Shown here: piece by piece, positions 43,639-52,550 of the stretch | How the letters are laid out: every line of letters begins with the position of its first letter | Position numbering within the stretch: position 1 is the stretch's first letter | Origin: Vicinamibacterales bacterium | GTDB taxonomy: Bacteria; Acidobacteriota; Vicinamibacteria; Vicinamibacterales; JAMQPK01 | Direction of reading: 5' to 3' | NCBI GenBank assembly: GCA_963782595.1 | Contig: CAWAKJ010000005.1 | Location: 149,595 to 213,594 of the forward strand | DNA length: 64,000 bases | Program-made: the position numbers and the translations under genes | The notes under the pieces: generated by a model | The model's input: the letters and a program-made list of their open reading frames with translations, nothing else | What the model was told of the DNA's origin: nothing | The model's database searches: none

Positions 43639-46095
43639 ATGGCAAAAGCGCTCGTCGTGGTCGAGTCGCCGGCGAAGGCAAAGACAATCAACAAGTATCT
43701 CGGACGCGATTACAAGGTGCTCGCGTCGATGGGACACGTGCGCGATCTGCCCAAGAGCAAGCTCGGTGTCGACGTCGATGAAGGCTTTGCGCCTGTTTAC
43801 GAACCGATCGCCGCTCGCAAGAAAGTGATAGCCGAGCTGAAGAGCGCGGCCAAGGACGCGACCGACATCTACATCGCCACCGACCCCGATCGCGAAGGCG
43901 AAGCGATCGGCTGGCATCTCGCCGAAGAGCTGGGCACGAAGAAAAAGAAGATTCACCGCCTGATGTTCAACGAGATCACGAAGAAGGCGGTGCAGGAAGC
44001 GCTGAATCATCCCGGCGCGATCGACATGAAGATGGTGGACGCGCAGCAGGCGCGCCGCGTCCTCGATCGGCTGGTTGGCTACAAGATCAGTCCCATCCTG
44101 TGGGACAAGGTGCGACGCGGCTTGAGCGCCGGACGTGTCCAGTCGGTCGCGCTGAAATTGATCTGCGAGCGCGAGCAGGCGATCGCGAAGTTCGTGCCGG
44201 ATGAGTACTGGCACCTTTTCGCGTCGCTCGCCGGCCCGCTGCCGCCGGAGTTCGAAGCCAAACTCGTCAAGCACCTGGACGAGAACCTCAAAATCACCAA
44301 CGAGCAGCAGTCGAAGGACGTGTTGCGCGACCTCGACGGCGCTTCGTATGTGGTCTCCTCGGTGGCCACCAAAGAGCGCAAGCGCAATGCCGCGCCGCCG
44401 TTCATTACCAGCAAGTTGCAACAGACGGCGCGCTACCCGGTAAAACGTACGATGCAGATCGCGCAGCAGCTCTACGAGGGCATCGAGCTGCCGGGGTTGG
44501 GAGTCGAAGGGCCGGTCGGCCTCATTACTTATATGCGCACCGACTCGACCCGCGTCTCGGACGACGCGTTGACGGCCGTACGGGTCCACATCGGCGAGAC
44601 ATTCGGGCAGGAGTACGTGCCCGAGAAGCCGAACGCGTTCAAAGCCAAGGCCGATGCGCAGGACGCGCACGAAGCCATCCGGCCCACCTCCATGGAGTAC
44701 GACCCGGAGAAGGTTCGGCCGTTTCTGACGGCGGAGCAGTACTCGATCTACCGGCTCATCTGGAACCGGTTCGTGGCCTCGCAGATGCCGCCCGCGACGT
44801 TTGACGAGACGACGGTCGACATCACCGCGCCGAGTTCCTCGGGGGCCGGCAGCTACCTGTTCCGGGTCAAGGGGACGGTGCCGAAGTTCCCAGGCTGGCA
44901 GGCCGCCTACGGCATGCAGACGTCGGCCGAGGACAAGCCCGAGACCGAGAAAGACAAAGACGAGGAAGATGGCGTCAGCCCGGCGGGCGTCCTGCCGCCG
45001 CTCGCCGAAGGCGACAGGCTCGAGCTGAAGGCGCTTCGTCCCGAGCAGAAGTTCACGCAGCCCCCGCCGCGGTTCACCGAAGCGACGCTCGTGAAAGAGC
45101 TCGAAGAGAACGGTATCGGCCGCCCGAGCACCTACGCGTCGATCATCGGCGTGCTGCAGGATCGCGAATATGCCAACAAGGTGGAAGGCAAGTTCAAGCC
45201 GACCGCGCTGGGCCTGATCATCACCGACCTCCTCGTCAAGAGCTTCGACGATATCCTCGACGTCGAGTACACGCGCAGCCTCGAGGAGGATCTCGACCGC
45301 ATCGAGCAGGGCAAGGCCGATTACAAAGGGACGCTCACGAGCTTCTACAAGAAGTTCAAGAAAGACCTCGCCAAAGCCGGCAAGGAAATGCAGAACCTCA
45401 AGGAAGGCATCAAGACCGAGGAAGTCTGCGATCGCTGCGGCAAAGGGATGGTCATCAAGGTCGGCAAGTTCGGTCCGTTCGTGGCGTGCAGCGGCTATCC
45501 CGACTGCACGAACACGCGCGAGCTCGAAAAGAGCGAGCCCAATGCGGACGTCGACGAGACGCAGGACGAGACGTGCGAGAACTGCGGCAAGTCGATGGTC
45601 GTCAAGCGCGGCCGATTCGGTCAGTTCCTCGCCTGCACGGGCTATCCCGATTGCAAGACGACGAGAAAGATCATTTCGGCGGGCGGCGCGATGAAAGCCG
45701 CCAAGCCGGATCAGATCCTCGACGAGAAGTGCCCGAAGTGCACGTCGAATCTCGTCATCAAGCAGGGGCGCTTCGGCGAGTTCACGGCGTGCACGAACTA
45801 TCCGAACTGCAAGTACGTGAAGATGAAGTCCACGGGCGTCGCGTGTCCAAAGGACGCCGGCGACATCGTCGAGCGCAAGTCGCGGCGCGGCAAAGTCTTC
45901 TACGGATGCGCGAACTACCCGGACTGTGACTTCACGCTCTGGAAGAGGCCCGTCACGGAAGCGTGCCCCGATTGCGGCACGCCGTTCCTGCTCGAGAAGA
46001 TCACCAAGAAGGCCGGGCGCCAGCTCGTGTGCAGCAAAGACGATTGCTCATTCGTCAAGGATGCGCCGCTCGAAGAAGAGCCCGTCCCGGCATAA
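43639..46095 (+). CDS. topA: DNA topoisomerase I
   Basis: Toprim VVVESPAKAKTINKYLG, active-site region, four C-terminal C4 zinc-ribbon repeats (CDRCG...CSGYPDC etc.). ATG at 43639. Confidence 0.95.
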   Translation: MAKALVVVESPAKAKTINKYLGRDYKVLASMGHVRDLPKSKLGVDVDEGFAPVYEPIAARKKVIAELKSAAKDATDIYIATDPDREGEAIGWHLAEELGTKKKKIHRLMFNEITKKAVQEALNHPGAIDMKMVDAQQARRVLDRLVGYKISPILWDKVRRGLSAGRVQSVALKLICEREQAIAKFVPDEYWHLFASLAGPLPPEFEAKLVKHLDENLKITNEQQSKDVLRDLDGASYVVSSVATKERKRNAAPPFITSKLQQTARYPVKRTMQIAQQLYEGIELPGLGVEGPVGLITYMRTDSTRVSDDALTAVRVHIGETFGQEYVPEKPNAFKAKADAQDAHEAIRPTSMEYDPEKVRPFLTAEQYSIYRLIWNRFVASQMPPATFDETTVDITAPSSSGAGSYLFRVKGTVPKFPGWQAAYGMQTSAEDKPETEKDKDEEDGVSPAGVLPPLAEGDRLELKALRPEQKFTQPPPRFTEATLVKELEENGIGRPSTYASIIGVLQDREYANKVEGKFKPTALGLIITDLLVKSFDDILDVEYTRSLEEDLDRIEQGKADYKGTLTSFYKKFKKDLAKAGKEMQNLKEGIKTEEVCDRCGKGMVIKVGKFGPFVACSGYPDCTNTRELEKSEPNADVDETQDETCENCGKSMVVKRGRFGQFLACTGYPDCKTTRKIISAGGAMKAAKPDQILDEKCPKCTSNLVIKQGRFGEFTACTNYPNCKYVKMKSTGVACPKDAGDIVERKSRRGKVFYGCANYPDCDFTLWKRPVTEACPDCGTPFLLEKITKKAGRQLVCSKDDCSFVKDAPLEEEPVPA

Positions 46096-46103
46096 AGATC
46101 GGC

Positions 46104-46168
46104 GATCGTCCATCGTCCATCGTCTGGAGATCCACGTCATTGCCATCTGCCATTTGCCCTCTGCCCTG
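46104..46168. repeat. CATCGTC x3 array followed by a CATCTGC-type array (inverted GGCAGAT family)
   Basis: GATCGTCCATCGTCCATCGTC (46104-46124) and CATTGCCATCTGCCATTTGCCCTCTGCCCTG (46138-46168), directly upstream of trmFO. Confidence 0.8.
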
Positions 46169-46170
46169 AC

Positions 46171-47607
46171 ATGATTCATGTAATTGGCGGCGGTCTAGCC
46201 GGTTGTGAGGCTGCGTGGCAAGCGGCATCGCGCGGTGTTCCCGTCACCATCCACGAAATGCGGCCCGTGCGTCCGACCGAGGTGCACAAGACCGATCGGC
46301 TCGCCGAGCTCGTCTGCAGCAATTCGTTCCGCGGCGACAAGCTGGACAACGCCGTCGGCCTTCTGAAAGAGGAAATGCGCCGGCTCGACTCGCTCGTGAT
46401 GCGCGCCGCCGAAACCGCGCGCGTGCCGGCGGGCGCCGCGCTGGCCGTCGATCGCGACCTGTTCGCCCGATCCGTCACGCGGGCGATCCACGAGCATCCG
46501 CTCATCACGCTCGCGCGCGAAGAGGTCACCGCGATTCCAGTCGCTTCGCGCGAGTCGCCAGTGATCATCGCGACCGGGCCACTGACGTCGCCCGCCCTCT
46601 CCGCCGCTGTGGTGCACCTGGTCGGCAACGACCATCTGTATTTCTACGATGCGATTAGTCCGATCGTGCTCGCAGAGACCATCGACATGAAGGTGGTCTT
46701 CCGCGCCTCGCGTTGGAATCGGAACGTTCGTCCCAAGCCCGGGATTGGTTCTGAGCCGCTGAACGCGCCCAAGACGTGCGGAATAGACGATGGTGAAGGG
46801 GACTATCTGAACTGCCCGATGACGGCGGACGAATATCGGGCGTTTTACGCGGCCCTCTCGACGGCCGAATCGGCGACCGTCCATGATTTCGACAAAGAGA
46901 AGTTCTTCGAGGGCTGCCTGCCGATCGAAGTGATGGCGCATCGCGGCGAAGACACGCTGCGATTCGGGCCCATGAAGCCGGTGGGGTTGACCGATCCGAG
47001 AACGGGCCGCCAGCCATACGCCGCCGTTCAGCTGCGTCAGGACAACCTGGCCGGCGATCACTACAGCCTGGTGGGATTTCAGACGCAGCTGAAGTGGGGA
47101 GAGCAGGCGCGCGTGCTGCGCATGATTCCGGGTCTCGAGCAGGCCGAGTTCGTGCGGTTCGGCATGGTCCATCGCAACACGTACATCAACGGGCCGACGG
47201 TGCTGCACGAGACGTGGCAGACGCGTGCGAACCCGTCGTTGTTCTTCGCGGGCCAGATCTCCGGTGTTGAGGGCTATGTGGAATCTGCGGCATCCGGCCT
47301 GATCGCCGGAAGAAACGCGGCGGCACTGGCGCGGGGCGAGGCACTTTGCGTACCACCACGTACGACCGCCATCGGCGCGCTCGCCTTCTACGTGTCGCAC
47401 GCCAATCCGCACGGCTACCAGCCGACGAACATCACCTTCGGCATTATGGAGCCGCCCCCGGCCGGCATCCGCGACAAGCAAAAGAGGAAGCTGTCGATTT
47501 CCGAGCGTGCCCTCGCGGACCTGGATGCTTGGAAGGAGGCGGAAAGCGGACGGGATAGGGCAGATGGCAGATGGCAGAAGGCAAAGGACGGAGCGCAGAC
47601 GGCATGA
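46171..47607 (+). CDS. trmFO: Methylenetetrahydrofolate--tRNA-(uracil-5-)-methyltransferase
   Basis: VIGGGLAGCEAAWQ FAD motif and LVCSNSFR. The C-terminal ~16 aa (ADGRWQKAKDGAQTA) are encoded by the repeat. Confidence 0.95.
   Translation: MIHVIGGGLAGCEAAWQAASRGVPVTIHEMRPVRPTEVHKTDRLAELVCSNSFRGDKLDNAVGLLKEEMRRLDSLVMRAAETARVPAGAALAVDRDLFARSVTRAIHEHPLITLAREEVTAIPVASRESPVIIATGPLTSPALSAAVVHLVGNDHLYFYDAISPIVLAETIDMKVVFRASRWNRNVRPKPGIGSEPLNAPKTCGIDDGEGDYLNCPMTADEYRAFYAALSTAESATVHDFDKEKFFEGCLPIEVMAHRGEDTLRFGPMKPVGLTDPRTGRQPYAAVQLRQDNLAGDHYSLVGFQTQLKWGEQARVLRMIPGLEQAEFVRFGMVHRNTYINGPTVLHETWQTRANPSLFFAGQISGVEGYVESAASGLIAGRNAAALARGEALCVPPRTTAIGALAFYVSHANPHGYQPTNITFGIMEPPPAGIRDKQKRKLSISERALADLDAWKEAESGRDRADGRWQKAKDGAQTA
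47558..47587 (+). repeat. GGCAGAT heptamer array at the trmFO 3' end
   Basis: GGGCAGATGGCAGATGGCAGAAGGCAAAGG, inverted relative to 46138-46168. Confidence 0.85.
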
Positions 47608-48536
47608 GGGAGACGCTCAGAGACTTCCTTCAACATCTCCGGCGGCGCGACGTTTCACCGCATACGCTCGCGGCGTATGAAAACGACGTGTCCACGTTTC
47701 TCCGGCACACGGCGCACCTCAGGCAACGGCAGGTCGACGCGCTGACCCCATCGGACGTCGACGCGTTTGCGATCCGCGCGTTTCTCGGCGAGCTGCACAA
47801 GCAGCGCCTGTCCGCGTCCTCGTCTGCGCGAAAGCTCTCGGCGATTCATACCTTCGTGAAGTTTCTGCGGCGCGAGGATTTGATCGAAAACGATCCCGCC
47901 GCGCTCGTCGCGGCGCCGAAGAAGCCCGAGACGATCCCGGCTCATCTGACAGTGGACGAAATGAGCCGACTGCTCGAGATGCCGGACTGTTCGAGTCCCC
48001 TGGGTCGCCGCGATCGCGCCATCCTGGAGCTGTTCTACGCGTCGGGTCTTCGCCTCAGCGAGCTCGTCGGTCTTGACATGGAGGATGTGAACCTGTCGGG
48101 ACGGATGGTGCGCGTGATGGGGAAGGGTCGGAGAGAGCGGCTCGTGCCCTTCAACAGCGCGACAGCTGACGCTCTTCGCGCGTGCATGAAGGATCGAAGC
48201 CTGTCAGGGCAGATGGCAGATGGCAGAGGGCAGACCAAGCGAGGACGTGGTGGCGTGCAGGCGCCGCTGTTTCTCAACTACCGCGGCGGGCGACTGTCCG
48301 CGCGCAGCGTCGATCGTCTGGTGCGTCGCTACGTCGCCGAGTGCGGCGCGAAGTTCGGCATCAGCCCGCACGCATTGCGGCATTCATTCGCCACACACCT
48401 GCTTGCCAATGGGGCAGACCTTCGAGCCATTCAGGAGCTGCTCGGGCACGCCCGCCTCAGCACGACCCAGCGCTACACGCACGTCAACGCGAAACAGCTG
48501 ATCGACGTCTACAAGAAGTCGCACCCCCGCGCGTAG
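47604..48536 (+). CDS. xerC: Tyrosine recombinase XerC/XerD family
   Basis: HALRHSFATHLL and ARLSTTQRYTHV (catalytic Tyr). ATG overlaps the trmFO stop (ATGA). Whether it is xerC or xerD cannot be resolved. Confidence 0.85.
   Translation: MRETLRDFLQHLRRRDVSPHTLAAYENDVSTFLRHTAHLRQRQVDALTPSDVDAFAIRAFLGELHKQRLSASSSARKLSAIHTFVKFLRREDLIENDPAALVAAPKKPETIPAHLTVDEMSRLLEMPDCSSPLGRRDRAILELFYASGLRLSELVGLDMEDVNLSGRMVRVMGKGRRERLVPFNSATADALRACMKDRSLSGQMADGRGQTKRGRGGVQAPLFLNYRGGRLSARSVDRLVRRYVAECGAKFGISPHALRHSFATHLLANGADLRAIQELLGHARLSTTQRYTHVNAKQLIDVYKKSHPRA
48207..48234 (+). repeat. GGCAGAT heptamer array inside xerC
   Basis: GGGCAGATGGCAGATGGCAGAGGGCAGA is read in frame as GQMADGRGQ. Confidence 0.85.
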
Positions 48537-48566
48537 CCGCTTCGCGTTAGGCGATGGGCCATGGGT

Positions 48567-48716
48567 CTACTCTGGCCTGGCCATCGCGAGCGCCTGCTCG
48601 CGGGTCAGATCCATCTGGTGCACCTGCTTTGCGTGCTCCTGCGCCTTCGCCACCAGCTGCTCGTCGTTTTCTGCCTTCACGATGTAGCCGCACGGACAAT
48701 TAATGACTTTCTGCAT
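48567..48716 (-). CDS. DUF1059-type small protein
   Basis: The 49-aa product MQKVINCPCGYIVKAENDEQLVAKAQEHAKQVHQMDLTREQALAMARPE matches the DUF1059 pattern. ATG at 48716. Confidence 0.65.
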   Translation of the reverse strand: MQKVINCPCGYIVKAENDEQLVAKAQEHAKQVHQMDLTREQALAMARPE

Positions 48717-48789
48717 GGCAACTCCTTTGTGTAGTCCGTAATATAGGCGCACTCTATTTCCGAAACATTGCGCGGAGATTGGAAAAAGC

Positions 48790-49557
48790 TTGGCCACGCT
48801 GCGTATCTACCTCACCGGGCGGGTCTCGATCGAGTATGGCGAGAAGCTGGTCGAGGAGCGGGATCTGTCCGGCCGACAGGGACGCCTCGCGTTCGCATTT
48901 CTCTCAAGCGAACGTCAACGACCGGTGGCGAAGGAGGAATTGATTTCCGTCGTGTGGGCGGACAAACCCCCAAACGAAATCGAGACCGCTCTTGGCGCGA
49001 TTCTCAGCAAGCTGCGCGCTGCCGTGAAACAGGTCGCCCCATCGGTAGCGGGTGCCGTCGATGTCCGATCGGGCACTGTGCAGATGCGGCTGCCCCGGGA
49101 TGTCTGGATCGATCTCGAGTACGCCGCAAACGCGATAGACGAGGCCGAGGGCGCACTTCGCTCGGGCGATACCCGATCCGCCTGGAGCCACGCGATGGCG
49201 CTCGCCGTGATCGCCAGGCGTCCTTTTCTGCCAGGCGAGGACGCGGCGTGGATCGAAGCCCGACGCACCAGGCTGCGCGCGCTGCTCGTTCGCGGCCTGC
49301 ACATTCTCTCGCGTATCACGGCGACCAACGGCGAACCCGCTCTCGCCGTGCAATATGCCGCTGAAATCATCGAGCTCGAGCCGTTTCAGGAGACGGGGTA
49401 CCGCCACCTGATGCAGATGCACTCCCAGATGGGCAACCGAGGCGAAGCCCTGCGCGTGTTCGGGAAATGCCGCGAGCTCTTCCGCGACGAGCTCGGCGCA
49501 GATCCCTCTCAGGAGACCGAACGAGTGTTCCTGGAGATTCTCAGGGCGGGACAGTAA
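48790..49557 (+). CDS. SARP-like transcriptional activator (winged helix plus BTAD)
   Basis: N-terminal OmpR-like wHTH and a C-terminal BTAD pattern (GYRHLMQMHSQMGNRGEALRVFGKCRELFRDELGADPSQET). TTG start uncertain. Confidence 0.7.
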   Translation: MATLRIYLTGRVSIEYGEKLVEERDLSGRQGRLAFAFLSSERQRPVAKEELISVVWADKPPNEIETALGAILSKLRAAVKQVAPSVAGAVDVRSGTVQMRLPRDVWIDLEYAANAIDEAEGALRSGDTRSAWSHAMALAVIARRPFLPGEDAAWIEARRTRLRALLVRGLHILSRITATNGEPALAVQYAAEIIELEPFQETGYRHLMQMHSQMGNRGEALRVFGKCRELFRDELGADPSQETERVFLEILRAGQ

Positions 49558-49565
49558 CAAAAAAA

Positions 49566-49674
49566 GGGCGACCCGCCTTCGCGCTGCGCGCTACGGCGCG
49601 GCAGGCGGAATGCGCGGTCGCCCGACCAGACTGTCAACTGACTGTCGACTTTCGACTTGCGACTGTCGACTTGC
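49566..49674. repeat. Long GC hairpin followed by a GACTGTC/GACTTGC heptamer array
   Basis: GGGCGACC (49566-49573) pairs with GGTCGCCC (49616-49623). Six heptamers occupy 49629-49674. Lies between convergent genes. Confidence 0.75.
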
Positions 49675-49683
49675 GCCTTAAGA

Positions 49684-51090
49684 CTAGCTGGCTGCCGCCA
49701 CCATCGGCCGTCGTCCCCGTGGAAACTCGATGCCCAGCGTCTTGATCTTGTAGTTCATCACCCTCGGGCTGATGCCAAGCAGCTCGGCCGCGTCCTTCTG
49801 CACCCAGTTGGACATCTTCAGCGCTTCCATCAGCGCGCTCCGCTCGATCTCTTCGAGCGGTACGCCTGACGGCGGAATCTTCACGAGCGCCGACGCCTCG
49901 CGCGGGCCGGTCGAGCCCGCGGTCGCCGCTTCGCCGAGGCGCAGATCGTCGGAGGCGATGAACTGCCCCTCGGTCATCAGAATCGCCCGTTCGACCGAGT
50001 TTTCGAGCTCGCGGATGTTGCCCGGCCAGTTGTAGCGCAGCAGCATCTTCTGCGCTTCCTGATCGATGCCGTCGATCTTCTTCTTGAGCTCGCCGGCGAA
50101 CTTCTTCACGAAGAACATCGCAAGCGGCGTGATGTCTTCCTTGCGCTCGCGCAGCGGCGGCATTTCGACAGAGACGACGTTGAGACGGTAGTACAGGTCT
50201 TCGCGGAATGCCCCGGTCGCCACCATCGAGGCCAGGTCGCGGTTGGTGGCCGCGATGAGCCGCACATCCACCTTCTGCGTACGCGTCCCGCCCAGGCGTT
50301 CGAACTCGTGCTCCTGCAGCACGCGGAGAATCTTCGCCTGAATCGCCGCGCTCATGTCGCCGACTTCGTCGAGGAACAGGCTGCCGCCGTCGGCCTGCTC
50401 GAAACGGCCGATGCGCTGGCGGTCGGCGCCCGTAAACGCCCCCTTCTCGTGCCCGAACAGTTCCGACTCGAGCAGGGTCTCGGGCAGCGCCGCGCAGTTC
50501 ACCTTCACGAAGTTCCGTCCTGCCCGGTGCGAATTGTGGTGAATCGCGCCGGCGATGAGCTCCTTGCCCGTGCCCGTTTCGCCCCGGATGAGCACGGTCG
50601 TGTTGCTCTTGGCCACCTTGCGCACCACGCTGAGCACGCGTTTCAGCGGCTCGCTCTGGCCGACGATGCGGTCGAAGTCGTAGATGTCGTTCTGGGTATG
50701 CCGGAGGTAGTCGAGCTCGTGCCGCATACGGCGCATCTCGAGCGCCTTCTCGATCTTCACTTCCATTTCTTCGATCTCGAAGGGCTTCTGCACGTAGTCG
50801 AACGCGCCGCTCTTCATTGCTTCGACGGCCGTGTGCACCGATCCGAATGCGGTCATGAGGATGACCGCCGTCGACGGATGCAGCGTCTTGGTCGTACGAA
50901 GGACATCGAGGCCGTCGCTGCCACCCATCTTCAGGTCGCTCAGCACGACGTCGAAGTGGCCGTCGTGCAGGCGCTCGATCGCCTGGTTCCCGTTCGGCGC
51001 CTCTTCCACCTCGTGATTGGCGGCCGTGAGCGCCCGTGCAAGCCCACGCCGGAGGGCGTCGTGATCGTCAGCGATGAGAATGCGACCCAT
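49684..51090 (-). CDS. Sigma-54-dependent response regulator (NtrC family)
   Basis: REC domain (ILIADDHD...DLKMGG), AAA+ domain (GETGTGKE, ESELFGHEKGAFTGA), C-terminal Fis HTH. ATG at 51090 follows a GGAG-containing RBS. Confidence 0.9.
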   Translation of the reverse strand: MGRILIADDHDALRRGLARALTAANHEVEEAPNGNQAIERLHDGHFDVVLSDLKMGGSDGLDVLRTTKTLHPSTAVILMTAFGSVHTAVEAMKSGAFDYVQKPFEIEEMEVKIEKALEMRRMRHELDYLRHTQNDIYDFDRIVGQSEPLKRVLSVVRKVAKSNTTVLIRGETGTGKELIAGAIHHNSHRAGRNFVKVNCAALPETLLESELFGHEKGAFTGADRQRIGRFEQADGGSLFLDEVGDMSAAIQAKILRVLQEHEFERLGGTRTQKVDVRLIAATNRDLASMVATGAFREDLYYRLNVVSVEMPPLRERKEDITPLAMFFVKKFAGELKKKIDGIDQEAQKMLLRYNWPGNIRELENSVERAILMTEGQFIASDDLRLGEAATAGSTGPREASALVKIPPSGVPLEEIERSALMEALKMSNWVQKDAAELLGISPRVMNYKIKTLGIEFPRGRRPMVAAAS

Positions 51091-51097
51091 ATCTCTC

Positions 51098-52345
51098 CTA
51101 ATCGTCCGTTGAGGTTCGTGCCGGCCCCGCCGGCCGCGGCACGAACCAGTCGTTTGCACCCGACACTGGCAACGTCACCTGAAAGCACGTGCCATGCGCA
51201 CCAGTCTGAATGTCGATGCGTCCGTCGTGCGCGTCCACGACCTTGCGGACGATGGCAAGGCCGAGGCCCGAACCCTGGGGCTTGGTCGTGAAGAACGCAT
51301 TGAAAATCCGGTCGCGCAGCTCGCGCGGGACGCCCGGCCCGTCGTCGGCCACGTTCACGACGACCGAGCGCGTCGCGTGCGCCTCGCCGAGGGCCGCATG
51401 GACGTCTTCCTCGAGCACGCCTTCGCGCACCGAAACCCGGACCGTGCCCTTGCCTTCGAGCGCCTCGAAGGCGTTGATCAGCAGGTTCGTGAACAGCTGG
51501 CAGAGTTGATGGTGATCGCCCTGAATGGGCGGCAGACCCTCCTCCACCTTCATCTCGAGCGTGATGTCGCGGCGCGGCACTTTCGTCTCGGCCAGCGCTA
51601 TGGCGCTCTGCAACACGTCGGCGACCGCCGTATGCTCGACCTGGAGCCGGATGGGCCGCACGAACTCCAGCGCCTCGTGAACGATCTGGTTGGCCATCTT
51701 CGCCTCGCTGATGATGTCGTTCAGCAGCGACTGCGCGTCGCGCGAGTCGGACACCGAAGGCTGGCGCTTGAGCAGGCCGGCCATCACTTCGATGCCGGCG
51801 AGCGGGTTCTTGACTTCGTGCGCAATGGCCGCGGCCATCTCGCCGAGCGCCACCAGACGATCGCGCAGGCGCTCGCGTTCCTCGAGCTGCTCGACTTTCG
51901 TGAGGTCCTTGAAAAACAGCGCGACGCCGGTCGATCGGCCGCGCTCGTCGCGCACATGCGAAAGCGTGTAGCCGATGACCTTGCCCGTGGTCTTCAGGCG
52001 CAGTTCGGCGCGGTTGGGAAGGTGGCTCAACTCAAACGCGCTGTGGAGCACGCGCACGATGTCCGGATGTTTTGCGAGCACGACGGAGAAGTGACGGCCG
52101 ATGGCGTTCAGCGAGCGTTTGAGCTGGAAGATGCGCAGCGCTTCGGCGTTGATTTCCGCGACATTCCCGTCGCGGGTAATCGCGAGCACGCCGTTGCGCA
52201 TACCGGCGACGAGACGGCGGAAGAAGCGATCAGACTCGCGACGCTGCCGAGCGGGGGCGCTCCGCTGGCGGGGCCGCCGACGGGTCTTAGGTGGCATCTG
52301 GGGCTCAATCACGAACGGCAATCGGGCGTACTGCGGGTTCTCCAT
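51098..52345 (-). CDS. PAS-domain sensor histidine kinase (NtrB-like)
   Basis: PAS segment, H-box AHEVKNPLAGI, G-boxes DDGPGVP and GSGLGLAIV. Lies 7 nt upstream of the regulator gene. Confidence 0.85.
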   Translation of the reverse strand: MENPQYARLPFVIEPQMPPKTRRRPRQRSAPARQRRESDRFFRRLVAGMRNGVLAITRDGNVAEINAEALRIFQLKRSLNAIGRHFSVVLAKHPDIVRVLHSAFELSHLPNRAELRLKTTGKVIGYTLSHVRDERGRSTGVALFFKDLTKVEQLEERERLRDRLVALGEMAAAIAHEVKNPLAGIEVMAGLLKRQPSVSDSRDAQSLLNDIISEAKMANQIVHEALEFVRPIRLQVEHTAVADVLQSAIALAETKVPRRDITLEMKVEEGLPPIQGDHHQLCQLFTNLLINAFEALEGKGTVRVSVREGVLEEDVHAALGEAHATRSVVVNVADDGPGVPRELRDRIFNAFFTTKPQGSGLGLAIVRKVVDAHDGRIDIQTGAHGTCFQVTLPVSGANDWFVPRPAGPARTSTDD

Positions 52346-52490
52346 GGGTTTATCAAGCGCCTGAGGGGCAAACGCCGTACCCGGCGCTAACCGCCAAAAA
52401 CGCGGCTAAACCCTTGAACCGTAAGGATTCGCGTGCAACTTTGTCACGTGCTGATTACATTATCGTCAGTAGGGGGGCGTTACTGTAACC

Positions 52491-52550
52491 GGAATCTTAA
52501 ATCTGGAATCGGAAATCTGAAATCTGGAATCCGGGTCCAGACGCCAGATT
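52491..52550. repeat. AT-rich GGAATCT/AAATCTG heptamer array (second locus)
   Basis: GGAATCTTAAATCTGGAATCGGAAATCTGAAATCTGGAATCC plus an inverted CCAGATT that overlaps the ABC-F stop. Confidence 0.8.
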
